Source of the DNA: a virus
Length of the DNA stretch: 64,000 nt
IMG/VR virus record: IMGVR_UViG_3300032285_000892
Location: 55,149 to 119,148 of that record
Reading direction: 5' to 3' (one strand)
The notes beneath the pieces were generated by a model. It ran no database searches. It had not been told where the DNA came from and saw nothing but the letters and a program-made list of their open reading frames with translations. Below, piece by piece: positions 1 to 12,900 of the stretch (its first letter is position 1; each line of letters opens with the position of its first letter). Position numbers and translations under genes: made by a program.

Positions 1-1025
1 AAGCTAGGTATGACCAAAGTGCTCAGAATACTACAATGCTAGATGATGTAAAAGTTGTAGCACCAATGGGCACAAGTGCACAATTTCCATCTCCTACAGA
101 TGAGGAAGGTAACTACTATATGCCTATAAGTGAACCCAATGGTTCTGGATTAGTTGATCCTAGAAATGCTGGATGGGATGGTACTGATGAATATCAATAT
201 AAATACCCATCTAATGATTCTAATCAAAAGCCTACTGTTCCTACTTCTAAAACTAATAATTGGGGAAATGTATTAAATTCTGCATTATCTTCAGTGGCAC
301 CGTTCTTCCGTCCAGGTGTAGGTAAACCTTTGGATCCTTCACAATTAATGGGAGAAATGTATGCATTAGGTAATAATCAAATTGAGCCAGTACAAGCTCA
401 ATTATATAGCCCAATGTTACAAGCTCAACCATATAGAGTTAGCTTGCAAGATCAATTAAATGAGGTGACAGCACAAACACGTGCTGCTGAGAGAATGGCA
501 CAAGGCAATCCTTCAGCATTAGCAATGATTGCTGCTCAAGGAGAACAAGCTAAGAGTAAGATATTAGGTGAGCAGTTCAGAATGAACCAAGCAGAATCAT
601 CTCGTGCTGCTGAAACTAATCGTGCACAATGGAATGATGCTCAACAAAAAAACTTAGGAATCTTAGATCAACAATACGCAAGACAAGAAGAGTCTAAGAG
701 TAAAACTAAAGCTCAAACAATTGAAGCATTGAAATCTATTTCTACTAAACAAGCTCAGAATAAGTATGAGAACTTGCAAGGAAACATTGCTGCAAACATG
801 TACAACTATAGATTTACTCCTGAAGGTGTAGCATATAACTTAAATCCTCCTGCACAATTTAATCCGTATGGTGGTGTTGGTAAAACTGGAAAAGGTCAAA
901 TTCCTGAAGGCATGTCTCCGACTTGGGAATCAGATGATTCTGGAAATCCAGTATTAAGTGGATACAAGAAAAAGAAAGAAACTGCTAGAAATGGTTCTCT
1001 TGTTAAAGCATTTAAAAATCTATAA
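1..1025 (+). CDS. Virion/ejection-associated protein, 5'-truncated by window edge
   Basis: Frame of the 36..1025 ORF is open back to base 3 (ARYDQSAQNTT-M...). Q/A-rich coiled-coil C-half; lies upstream of the ejection protein/RNAP block. Confidence 0.6.
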   Translation, partial: ARYDQSAQNTTMLDDVKVVAPMGTSAQFPSPTDEEGNYYMPISEPNGSGLVDPRNAGWDGTDEYQYKYPSNDSNQKPTVPTSKTNNWGNVLNSALSSVAPFFRPGVGKPLDPSQLMGEMYALGNNQIEPVQAQLYSPMLQAQPYRVSLQDQLNEVTAQTRAAERMAQGNPSALAMIAAQGEQAKSKILGEQFRMNQAESSRAAETNRAQWNDAQQKNLGILDQQYARQEESKSKTKAQTIEALKSISTKQAQNKYENLQGNIAANMYNYRFTPEGVAYNLNPPAQFNPYGGVGKTGKGQIPEGMSPTWESDDSGNPVLSGYKKKKETARNGSLVKAFKNL

Positions 1026-1035
1026 CTGAATTGAT

Positions 1036-1074
1036 TATACAAGATTACTAAGTTTTGTTAGTCTTCATTGTATA
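1036..1074. other. Imperfect three-stem hairpin just after the stop codon
   Basis: TATAC(1036-40)/GTATA(1070-74), AAGA/TCTT, CTAA/TTAG; 5' bulge TTA, 3' bulge CATT, loop GTTTTG. Confidence 0.45.
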
Positions 1075-1097
1075 TGTAATATTTTAAATTATATTTG
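1068..1097 (+). promoter_or_regulatory. Bacteroidota housekeeping-type promoter (-33/-7) for the ejection protein/vRNAP operon
   Basis: TTG(1068-70)-N19-TATATTTG(1090-97) matches the TTG-N19-TAnnTTTG consensus; ATG at 1114. Confidence 0.7.
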
Positions 1098-1113
1098 TTA
1101 ATTATACTAACTC

Positions 1114-3915
1114 ATGGCTTCATTTACAGATTCCATATCGCAATTCAACCCCTACATACAACAGCTTCCTGTTGATATGATGACAAAGGTGGGCATGTAT
1201 AAACAAGCTCAGTACGATCAGGGTGTGCAAAAAATTCAAGGATATATTGATAACATCTCAGGATTAGATATTTCTAGACCTATTGATTCTCAATACTTAA
1301 ATTCTAAGCTTAATGAATTAGGCGGTAAATTAAGAACAGTTGCTGCTGGAGATTTTTCAAATCAGCAATTAGTCAACTCTGTTGGTGGTATGGCCGCACA
1401 GGTTATTAAAGATCCTCATATTCAATCTGCTGTATATTCAACTTCTAATATTAAAAAACAAGAAGAGGTAATGGATAAAGCTAGACAGAAAGGTGAACTA
1501 GCTCCAGAGAATGAAGACTTATATAATACAGAAAGAAACAAGTATTTAAATTCTACAGATTTAGGTGCAAAGTTTGATGGTAAATATATTCCTTATGTAG
1601 ATGTATATAAGATCTTAAAAGAAGTTGCTGCAGATACAGGCATTGATGAGAGCATTATTCCACAGTTATTTGAAACAGATCGTAAAGGTGAGCTTGTAAT
1701 GCAAAAGGTTAAGCAAGCTGATGGTAGTATTAAAGAACAACCCATCATGAATCCTTTAATGGCAGAGAAACATCTTAAAGGTAAGTCTCCTGAGAAGATC
1801 TATCAAGCATTTGAGAACGCATTAACTCCTGCTGCAAGAAGACAATTAGCTATTACAGGTATATATAAAAACAAAAGTTTAACTCCTGAACAACTTGTTC
1901 CTAGAGCTGCTGTTAAATACAATAAACATATTCAAGAAGTTTCATCTGAGATTGATCAAATCAAACTAGCATTATATAATGAGGATAATGGTGATGATAA
2001 AAACTTAACAAAAGTACAAGATCTTGCTGAAGCATATCAGAATAGTAATAAGGTATTAGATAAACTTATTAGTGAAAGAGATAAAAATACTAACATTGAT
2101 TATGTTACTAAAAATGCTGATGCTGTAAGAGCTGATCTTTATAGCACTGATTATCTACAAGGCATTGCTAATCAAATGAAGAGTGTTGCTTCATGGACTG
2201 AATACAAAGTTAGTCCATTGCATACTATTCAAAACGATAATGATAACTTAGCTTTAAGAATTGAAGAAAAAGAAATAAGTATTAATCAATTCAATTACAA
2301 AAAACGTAGAGATATAATTGCTGATGAAAAATGGGCAGCAGAATATTATGCTAAGACTGGAATGACTCCTGATCAAGCAGCAAGACAAGCTGCAGGATTA
2401 GGTGCGCCAGGTACTATTTCAAAACCTTTAGTTATTGAAGGAAATGAAATTGGTATCAAACATGATTTTGAAAATGATTTTACAAATGATGTAGTTGCAA
2501 CAAATCAACTTGGTTTACAATTAACAAAAGAATTTTATAAACAAGCTTTTCCTAATTTAAGTGATTCAGAAGTAGATAAAAAGATGTATAAAGATGCTGC
2601 TGCATCTGGTCAATCACTTGATCCAAATTCTGGAAAACAAAATTCCATGACTACTTTTTATGCTAATAAAATGTTAGCTAAGTGGCAAAATCAAAAAGGA
2701 GGTATTCCTAAGAACATGCTTGAGTCAGTAAATGACTATAGTCAATTAGTTAAATCAGTTGCTGACAAAGGTAATTATATTCGAACTGTAGAAAAAAGAG
2801 CTCTTGAAGAAGCCAAGGCGTCAGGTATTGATGTTGAAAGTTATAAAAATGCAATAGCTACTGTAAAGCCTGCTATTATGAAAATAATTGATCCTAGTAT
2901 TCCTCAAACAGGTATTGCAAAACGTAATAAATCTGTTGCATTGAGTAAAGAAGATGTAATAGATTTTACTAGAATAATTCCAGAACGCTTTAATGAGCTT
3001 GGTTCATTTACAATAGATGATGATCAAGAATCTGCTAAGAGACAAGCAATAAATAGATTAAAGTTAAAGTTTGGAGATTTAGTTTTTTATCAATTAGCAG
3101 AAGATTTAACTGGTAAAAACTTTGATCCTAATTTTAAAGAACGTCTTAAATTTAATAAAGTTGCACTACAGTCAGGAGCCAATCCTGAAATAGATAGAGT
3201 AGGAGAGATATTACATGGTTCAAAAAATCTAGCTATATCAAAAATAATAGGATCTACTTATGCTAAAGATGGTTACGTACCAGTCCCTGTATCTCATCCT
3301 ATATTATCAGGTAAAGATAATGAAGGTGTTGTAACTGCTAAGCAAGCTGCTATTATTGGTAAGTATCCAGAAGCTAATGAAATAGAAGGATATGATCAAG
3401 CAAAATATAATGAAGTGTTAGGTGGAAAAATAACAGGACGTTATGTAGATATTAATATGGTGGGGGGAGTTCCTCAATATGATATGGTAACTGTTTCTGA
3501 TAAAGGAACTGCTAAAGTTAGAATCAGTGCTGACGACTATGCATCATTAGGATATAAGCCTTATAATAAAAATGAGACTCCTACAATGTTCCTTAATCTA
3601 AATGCTACTGGAACAACTAATAAGAAACCTTCATCAGATGCTCGTACAGATCGTACTACTGCAGAGTGGGGAGTTAGTCAATTTAAAAGAACAAAGAAAT
3701 GGGATGTTGCTGGAGATATAGTTTCAGAACCAAGAAATCCTAATCTTGCTTATGTAAAGTTATATGTATCAAAAAAAGGAAGTAATGAGGTCACTCCATA
3801 TTTTATTCCAGTACAAAAGATTATAGATGGTAAATTAAATGTTGATTTGGTTAATACACCATTAACAATCACAGATGATTTTATTGATAACTTAGTAAAA
3901 CAAAATAACAAGTAA
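1114..3915 (+). CDS. Large internal virion (ejection-type) protein, crAss-like
   Basis: 933 aa, helical. N-terminus (FNPYIQQLPV..KVGMYKQAQYDQGVQKIQ) is of the type found just upstream of crAss-like vRNAP genes. TAATG coupling to the next gene. Confidence 0.6.
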   Translation: MASFTDSISQFNPYIQQLPVDMMTKVGMYKQAQYDQGVQKIQGYIDNISGLDISRPIDSQYLNSKLNELGGKLRTVAAGDFSNQQLVNSVGGMAAQVIKDPHIQSAVYSTSNIKKQEEVMDKARQKGELAPENEDLYNTERNKYLNSTDLGAKFDGKYIPYVDVYKILKEVAADTGIDESIIPQLFETDRKGELVMQKVKQADGSIKEQPIMNPLMAEKHLKGKSPEKIYQAFENALTPAARRQLAITGIYKNKSLTPEQLVPRAAVKYNKHIQEVSSEIDQIKLALYNEDNGDDKNLTKVQDLAEAYQNSNKVLDKLISERDKNTNIDYVTKNADAVRADLYSTDYLQGIANQMKSVASWTEYKVSPLHTIQNDNDNLALRIEEKEISINQFNYKKRRDIIADEKWAAEYYAKTGMTPDQAARQAAGLGAPGTISKPLVIEGNEIGIKHDFENDFTNDVVATNQLGLQLTKEFYKQAFPNLSDSEVDKKMYKDAAASGQSLDPNSGKQNSMTTFYANKMLAKWQNQKGGIPKNMLESVNDYSQLVKSVADKGNYIRTVEKRALEEAKASGIDVESYKNAIATVKPAIMKIIDPSIPQTGIAKRNKSVALSKEDVIDFTRIIPERFNELGSFTIDDDQESAKRQAINRLKLKFGDLVFYQLAEDLTGKNFDPNFKERLKFNKVALQSGANPEIDRVGEILHGSKNLAISKIIGSTYAKDGYVPVPVSHPILSGKDNEGVVTAKQAAIIGKYPEANEIEGYDQAKYNEVLGGKITGRYVDINMVGGVPQYDMVTVSDKGTAKVRISADDYASLGYKPYNKNETPTMFLNLNATGTTNKKPSSDARTDRTTAEWGVSQFKRTKKWDVAGDIVSEPRNPNLAYVKLYVSKKGSNEVTPYFIPVQKIIDGKLNVDLVNTPLTITDDFIDNLVKQNNK

Positions 3916-6900
3916 TGGCAGATCAATTACCAGAGCAATTAAAACCTGTAAACTTAGCGGCATACATGCCTAGTAGAGTACCAGATCTTTCTGCACTAGT
4001 ACAGAGTGGTAATGTTGGTGGAGGTGAGCCAGATTTAGATATTGCAAGTCAGTTTCAATCTCTTATATCTCAAAACTCTAGCAAAGGTAATCCTCTGCCT
4101 GTGGTCTCTGGTGGTGATGTAGATTTTTCTGGTCGTTACCCATTGTTCTATACAGATAGAGACAATGAAGAAATGTATGCTCAAGCTCAAAGCTTTGGTG
4201 AAAAAGCATACAATGGTATTGCTAAGTTTACTGGTGTCACTACAGCAGCATTTCTTAATGGTACTGTTGGAGTAGTTGATGGTATATATAGTGCTATACA
4301 TGATTGGGATGCTTCTAAGTTTTGGAAGAATGATACATCTATAGCTCTAAATGATTGGACTAAGAATATGGAAGATTCTTACGCACATTATAAAACATTG
4401 CGTGAGAGAAACGGTAACTGGTGGGAGCCTGAGAATTTATTCACAGGTAATATGTTCTTTGATAATATTGTAAAGAATTTAGGATACACTGTAGGTTCTA
4501 TGGGAGCTGGAGTTGTCTGGGGAGGAGCATTGGGTCTTATTGGTAAAGCTGCAAAGTTATCTGCATATGGTACTGAAGCTGCTTCTATAGCAGATAGTAT
4601 TATTGCTGAAGGTGCTATGACAGGAGATGCAGCATCTATTGCTTCTAGTTCAGCCAAACTTGATGGAGCATTATCTAGTTTCCAAGCTAAGCTTGGTAAA
4701 GCTATGTTAGGATCAAATAGAGCAATAGTTGCTGCTACAGGTACTGCTGGTGAAGCAGGCTTTGAAGCATTGAATAACTCTCAAGAATTCAGACAAAGAA
4801 TGATTGATCAATTTAAAGCTACTCATGGTTATTCTCCTACAGAAGAAGATTTAAAAACAATTGATCAGTATGCTACTAGTGTTGGTAACTATAGCTGGTT
4901 AGCTAATTCAGCTTTGTTAACTGCTACTAACTATATCCAACTTCCTAAGATATTCTCATCTACATTCAAAGGTGAAAGATCTATTGCCAACACAATGCTC
5001 AGTGAAGGTAAGTGGGTATCTTCTTTAGCTGATAAAGGTATTGGAAAGTTTGCAACTAAGGCAAAGAACGTTGCTGGTTTATTCTTTGCTAAATCAGAAG
5101 CATTTGAAGAAGGTGCACAGTTTGCTATTCAAACTGGTACACAAAATTACTTTGATAAAAAATACAAAGGTGAAGGTGCATCTATTCTTAATGATGCAAT
5201 TGGACATGGTATTAAAGAAGCAGTAAGCACAGATGAAGGTTTATTAAATATCTTTCTTGGTGGTTTCTCTGGAGGTATGTCCATGGCTTATGGTAATATC
5301 AAACAAAGAGGAGTAACAGGATATGGTGGTCAAGAAGCTAAACTTAGAAACGAAGCTCTTGGTGCTTGGAAAGATTCAATGCTTACTGATAAACTTAAAG
5401 CATCTGTCAATGATATCAGGATTGCTGAAGCTGTACAAGAAGAAAGGAAGCAGGCTATTATTGATAACGACATTCAATTAGCTAAAGATAAAGAGTTTGA
5501 TTACGCACATACATTTATCAGATCTCGTTTGAGATATGGTGCTAAAGAAGCTATCGATGCAGAAATTGCTGACTTAAAGCAACGTGCTATAACTGATTTC
5601 ATCAAGTTACAGACAGAAGGTATAGCTGCTAATACAGATACAAAAGAAGCATTCTTAAATCGTTTAGAAACAGTTCAGCAACAAGCTAATGATGCTGCTA
5701 AGTTAAAAGAAGCTCTTGATGTTAAATACAAAGGCATTGTTGATCCTACTACAGGCAAACGTGCATACTCAGATGCTACTCTTGAGAAGTTATTATATGC
5801 TGGATCTAAGATCTCAGATTACAATAGACGTATCCCTCAACTAGATCAATCATTAGCTTCTTATGGAATCAGTACAACTGATGCATTAACTGAAGTGGTA
5901 GATACAGGAACTCTTTCTAAGGAAACTCAGGATGAGGTAATGAATGCTATTCAATCATTAACTAAATCTGGTATAGATTCTGATATTCAAGATACACTTA
6001 CTACAGACTTCAACGACATGATGAAGCTTGGTGTATTAAGAAAGAAGTTCTTAGAAGAATACAACAACCTTAAAACTACTCCTGAGAAGTTTGATAAACT
6101 AGATGAGAAGGCTGAAGAAGATAATAAGCCAGTAGATGAGAATGCTCCTAAAGAAGTTGTAACATACAAGAACGAAGAAGGAGAAGATGCTACACTTGAT
6201 ACTAATGAAGAGTATTACATTGGTACAGAAGCTAAGAACCGTAAAGATAAAACTGTTTATAGCTTCAAGAAGTTTACAGTATTGGGTGAGAATGAAGACG
6301 GTACCATTAAGGTTAAGACTGACGAAGGCGAAATAAAAAGTATTGACAAATCTTGGTTTACTGATAATGGTAAATACTTAGGTAAGACTAGTGATGTTAA
6401 AGCTGATCCAAAGAAAAGATTCTTTTTAAATAATAGAAACACTGTTTACACTTTTAACTTTGGTAAAGATAAAGGTGGAGAAGTAAATGGACGATTGAGA
6501 TATTCTGAGAAAGAAGGAGTATTAGAATTTGTTTATCTAGATAAGAAAGGAAAAGAAAGATCTCTTGAAGTTACAGGTGATCAGTTTACACCTAAGCCAG
6601 GATATAAGCAAGCAATCATTCGTGCAACAGCAGTAATGTCCCCATTACAAAAAGCTTCAGAAGAAGAGTTCATTGCAGATTCTAAAAACGATCCTCGTGT
6701 ATTAGAAAAAATTGCAAAACGTGCTGCCTTGTTAGAGACATTCTTTGATGAGATGGCTGAGAATCTTGCTAAGACTAAACGTATGGTTGAGTCTAAGAAA
6801 AGAGAACTCAACAAAACAGTAGAGAAGATCAAAGGTTTAAGAAAAACAGTGGAGGGCCCTGAGGCAATCACTGCTAAAACTAAACGGATTAAAGCTACTG

Positions 6901-9900
6901 TTCACACTGCTATTCAAAACATTGCATCCTTAACAAAGATGCAAGATCAGTTAAATGACGAGATCAAAAGTCTTGAAGCAGAACAAGAGCAATTAGAAAT
7001 CAATCTTGAGTATGTAACTGACTTAGCTTCTAGGTTAGATGAAATGCCAGCAGATCTTACTAAGTTCTATGCTGTTGTTAGACAAGAACGCAATGCATTA
7101 AAAGAAACCATATTAGAAAAAGGTAAGTTGATGAACGCTCTCCATAGAGTTATGGAGAACTTAGAATCTGCTCTTCAAAGCTTGATTAATCAAGTGATGG
7201 ATTTGATTGGTGGTTTTGAAACTAAGTATCCTGGCTTACCAATGAGTGCAAGTCAGATCAGTGAGTTCTTAACATACTTTAAAGGTAAGCCTTGGGAAAG
7301 ACCTTCCTTCATGAGCGTACATCCTGAGCTTATTCCTGACTTACAAGAACTAGATGCAGAGGTTGCACAAATTGATGAGATACAGATTACTCCTAAACAA
7401 GCTGCTATTGATAAAACATTAGAAGACATTATTACTTTAGAAGAGGAACTCACTCAATTAGATAAACAATTAAAAGCTGTTAGTGAAGTAGATACAAGAC
7501 TTAGAAAGATCTATGATGAGTATGTAGCTGGAATAAAGGAGACTGAAGACATCAAGAAAAACAAGGAGTTAAAAGAACAGGCTTTAGGAACTATTGATAA
7601 TAGTTTAGCTAATGTTCAATATGATAGAGCGTATAACCCTAGTAGTAAAAAAGCTACTGCAGTTATTCCTAATGCTACAATTGCTCCTTCTGAAGAATCT
7701 GAAGGTAAGCCATTAGCTGAACATCATTTACGTGCTAACTTGTTTGGTGCTAAGCTAGAAAATCTTCCTAATAGAGGAAACATTCAAGCTGTATATGTAA
7801 CTAAAGGTAATGAAGCTGAGTTAGGATTACCTGGCTTAATGGATGATCTTAAAGGAGACGCTGAAGGATTCTCTTCTAGTGATACTATTGCAATTGTAAT
7901 GGTACAGATGGTAGATGGTAAACCACGTCCTGTAGGAATTGATGGTGAAGTATTAGAAACTCCTAGCTTTGAGAATGCTATCTTCCAAGTAAAACCCACT
8001 GCTGAAAAGCTTGGTGATTTGTTTAGAGATGAGAAAGAAGGTGGCCCAACTAAAGATCAAAAGGATTTTATTGTTAATGAATACAGAGCTTGGAGAAAAG
8101 AAACTTTAGCAAATCCTTCATTAACTGCTTATCCTGTTGATGCATCGTTTGGTATTCCTGTACGTGAATCTTCATTAGATAGTGAACAAAACAAAGTGAT
8201 TGATTACACTGCTTCTACAGACGTAGTGTCTGCAGGACTTGTTGCTTCTAATGATAAGAAGAATGATCTTTCTACTAAGCAATTAGTCACTGTACCTACA
8301 ACAGAAGGCACGTTAAACCAAGGAACAACTAGCTATGCTAATCCAGTTGGTAGACCATTCTTGACTCTACCTAATGGTAATGTACCATTGAAAAATAGAA
8401 ACCTTACTAAGGCTGAAGCTGAGACAATCTATCAAGCTCTATTAAGACTTGCTATGCTTAAAAACTTCAAGTCTGATGAGGCTGTTAGATTAATGGACTG
8501 GTTGAGAACTATTGTATATTGGGGAGTTCCTAAAAACAATCCAGGATACAGCAGCTTATTCTTTAATGTTAAAGAAGATGGTACGTTAGCATTGTTTATC
8601 TCTGGTAAGGGAACAAACATTCCTTTCACTACATCTTCTATCAAATCTAATAAAGATAATCTATTAACTCTTCTAGGAGGTATGTATAACAATACCAATT
8701 CTAGATTAGTAGATAATGAAGAAGACTATAGAAAACCTTATGAGGAGATTGTATCTGTCTCTGAGGATGGCACTGTTCAATCTGTAACATGGAAGAACTA
8801 CCAAACCTATCTATTGTCTCCTAAGAATCCTGATGGATCAATTCGTAAGAATATTCCTCTAACAGTAGCAATGCATCCTATCACAGGAGAGAATGATACA
8901 AACAGAGAAGGTATTTACTTTATTGTAAATAGTAATGCTGATAGATATGCTATTCCTGATGTTCCTGCTGTATCGGCAGCACTAACTCCTATTGCTTCTA
9001 CAAGAGTACTAGGTGCAACACCAGTTGCACAACAAGCACCTGCACCAGCTGCACAACCTGCTACTCAATACAAGTTTGATGGTGAAACAGAGAACACAGC
9101 AATGGTTCATGGCAAGCCTGTTAAGTTTATTATAGATGCGGCTAAGTTTGATGATGAAGGATTTGTTAGTTTAGATATTGATAAGTCTGCTGCTGTAGCT
9201 ATTGGTAAAGCTATTGGCTCACAAGATGCTGATGAAATTGAGGCAGAAGCTGGTAATACAATCTATGCTGCTATCTATAAAGAATTAAAAGCTGCACAAG
9301 CTCCTGCTCCTGTAGTATCTACACCAGTTGCTGATGTAGCAGCTGCACCAGTTGTACAAACACCTGCTGCTTCTACAGATGCTAGTGCTGATACAATGGC
9401 TAAGATTAAAGCTATGCAGGGTGGAGCTATTCCTAATGAGTTCCGTGTAGCTATTAATAACTCTAATCAGAAAAGATTTGAGAGAGAAGATTGGAAGAAG
9501 TTTGAGAACTGGTTAAAGACTACGTTCCCTAATGTTCCTGTGTATCGTGTTAAGAATGTAATTCAAGCAACTAATGGTCAACAGGCTTGGGGTATGTTTA
9601 AGAATGGTGCCATCTATGTATATGAGAATGCTGAGGTTGGTACAGGATACCATGAAGTATTTGAGGCTGTATGGAAGATGTTCTCTGATAAAGATGAACG
9701 TGCTAATGTAATTAACGAATTCAAACAAAGAAGTGGAACATTCACTGATCGTCCTAGTGGAAGAACAGTTAACTATAAAGATGCTACAGATCAAGAGATC
9801 AAAGAACAATTAGCTGAAGAGTTTAGAGATTATGTATTAAAAGGTAAGATACCTGCTAAGCCTACACAAGGAAGACCGTTCATTGTTAAACTATTTGCTG

Positions 9901-12900
9901 ATTTAGTAAACTTCATCAAAGAATTCTTTACAGGAAAGAAAGCAGAGATTAATACAGCAAACTTATTTGATAAGATTGGTAGAGGATATTATAAACAATA
10001 TTCTCCGTATGAATCCAAACTTGCCTTTGCCAAAGAAGGAATCATTGATATAGAAGATGCGTATGCTGATTCTGAAAGTGACTTCCGTGTAGCTGGATTT
10101 ACAAGTGGTCAAGAGCATGATGTCATGCAAGAGATGACTTACTTAACTCTAGCTGAGCTTACAACTACTAACAAATCTTTATTCAATATCTCCGACACTG
10201 TATTCAAGAAAGATGAGCATTACAATAAGTTAAAGACTTATATGCTTACCACTCTTGCTAATGCTATTCAAGTAGTACAAGAAGATACAACCAAAGGAGA
10301 TAAGGAAAAACAAACTGATATTGATAACTATGCTGCATTGTTTGAGAACATTGATAACCAATGGCCTGCATTAGTTCAAAGACATGCTGAGTATCTAGTT
10401 CCTTACAATGTTGAGTTTGATGAGAATGATCATATTACATTAAAGGATGAAGACAACTCTGGTAAAGAATTGTATCAAGATGCTAATAAGATTGATGCAT
10501 TTAGAAAAGCAAACTCTGCTGTTAAGTTATTGTTGTCAACAATCCCAAGAGTAGATACAACAGGTAAACCTACGTTATCTTCTATTGGTGGACACACCCT
10601 TATTCCTTATTCTGAAATTAGTGTTTCATTAATGAATAAGATTGCTTCTTCTCGCACTGTAGATCAGATGGTTCAGAGGATTGCAGATATGGCTAAGAAT
10701 GACATCAAGTATAAAGTGTTGTACCAACGTATCACTAGATCTAAAGCATATCCTAATGGTGATGATTATACAAATCCTAGATTCAGTCTTAATCAACTTG
10801 GCGAAGAGCATGAGGTACGTTTAATTAATACACTATGGCGTACGTTTAAGAAAAACAATCCAGAGGTATTAAATCTTTATGTATTAGATAATGGTGAGGT
10901 TCAAGTAGGTGATTCTAATTTCACTACTGCTTCAGCACAAGTGTTTAATGATTTCCAAGAAAGCATTGTTGAGTCTGTTAGAAATAATAAGAGTCCGTTC
11001 TTTGTTTACTCTGCTGAAGCTAGAGGTTACATTGGTGTTGCAGGATCTGCTAGTAAGCCCTTGAGTAGTACTGCTGCTAGGGTTAAGTTCTTAAAAGATT
11101 TAGGTATATCATTCACTGCTAAAGAAATAGATAAGCTTGCTTCAAAAAAGGATTTTACAAGATTTAATAAAGCTGTAGATGGTATTCGTACCAGTATCAA
11201 TGAGGCAGATAAGATTGCTACAATTAGTGGTAAGACTGTTGACATTACAGGTAGATTAAAACAATTAGCTGAGATAAGAGCTAAGATTGATAACCCTGAG
11301 TTTAGTAGCACGTACTTTAATATTAATGGTGAGCGTGTACAAGTGTTTATTGGTACTAATGCCAACAGTGATTTGTATGATGCTTTAGCTAATATTGATA
11401 ACTTGAATGACTTAAAAGGTTCACAATACGGATACCTTACTACAGATTCATTTGTAAAAGGTTCAGTGAAACTGAATGCTATGTTTGATCCTGAAACTGG
11501 AGAACGTATTGAAGGAGCACAACAGTTATTAAAGAGTACCTACGCTGATGGTACAGTTAACTCTGCTAAGGGTAAGAGAAAGTCTTCTTCTAAGTTAACA
11601 TATAAAGAACGTCTTGTTCAACAAATGAACATGATGTTAGAAGGATATTATCCTAACCTTGTTCCTGGAGATGCTTCTATGGAGCAAATGGTATACATGG
11701 GTAATGAGTTCTCTGCAAAAGATATGGCAAACTTTGAGAACAAGATCATGCCTGTCTTTAGAGATTACTTCTTAAGTGAAGTGAATCTATCTAAAGAAGA
11801 TCGTCCTGTAGTTAGAGGAAATACAACAGACTTACGTTTCTTCAAACCTATCTTAGCTGATAATAATGCTAAGACTGAAGAAGAACGTAACTCTTTACAT
11901 ACTGATATAGTTAAAGCTATTAAAGAAGGTGGTAGTGCAGAAAGTATCTACAAATCATTTGATAGCAGAATAACAAAAGCAGTGAAGGACTTCATTACTT
12001 CTGAGAGTGGCAATCTTCAGGACTTATTAGAGTTCTACGGCATCTTAACTGAAGAAGAAGGAAGCTATAACTTTGAGAACATTGCTATTGGTAAAGATCT
12101 CAATACAGATGAGATGAACAGACAAGTACAAGCAATTGCTGTCAACTTCATGATTAATAATATTGAACTTCATAAGTTATTATACTCTGATCCATATCAG
12201 TATCTAGATGAGTTAAAGCGTATCAAGAACTTCATTTCTCCAAGACAGTCTATCATTAGTCAGTCTCCAGCAATGAACTCTGCTATGGATAACGTTTACA
12301 ATAAAAGATATAGTAAGGAAGTAGATAAAGATGGTAACCTTATAGATATTGGTAATACTAATTTCTTAAAGGATTCATTTACATCCATCACTCTTTCTGA
12401 TGTAAATGCTGTTGATCCAAAGTTAAAAGGATACATAGAAGAAGCTTACAAAGAGACTGACGGTGGTGGTGTCATCATGTATAAGGCTTATCGTAACTTC
12501 CGTATTCGTGCTGGAGAATGGAATGATCTAGAAGAGAAGCAGTATCGTTATGATATTGCTTGGGAGAAGATGGACAAAGGATTGTTTGATCAGATGTCTG
12601 ATTATGAGCAAGAGTTATTAAATGAAGGTAATCCTCAAGTGAAGAGTGCTTACACGCCTATCAAACCTATTGTATCTGGTAACAAAGCTAACGGTAGAGA
12701 TTACAATGATGTAATGCTTGATAAGTTTGCCCTTTATCCTTTATCTTACAGAATTCAAAAAGAAATTAATAGTACATCTAATGCTATCAAGTTGTATGAC
12801 AAGATGCAGAAAGAGAATATTGACTATGCTGTATTCAGTAGTAGTAGAAAGGTAGGAGCTGAAGAGACAAATGATTTGTACAATCCTGAAACTGGAGACT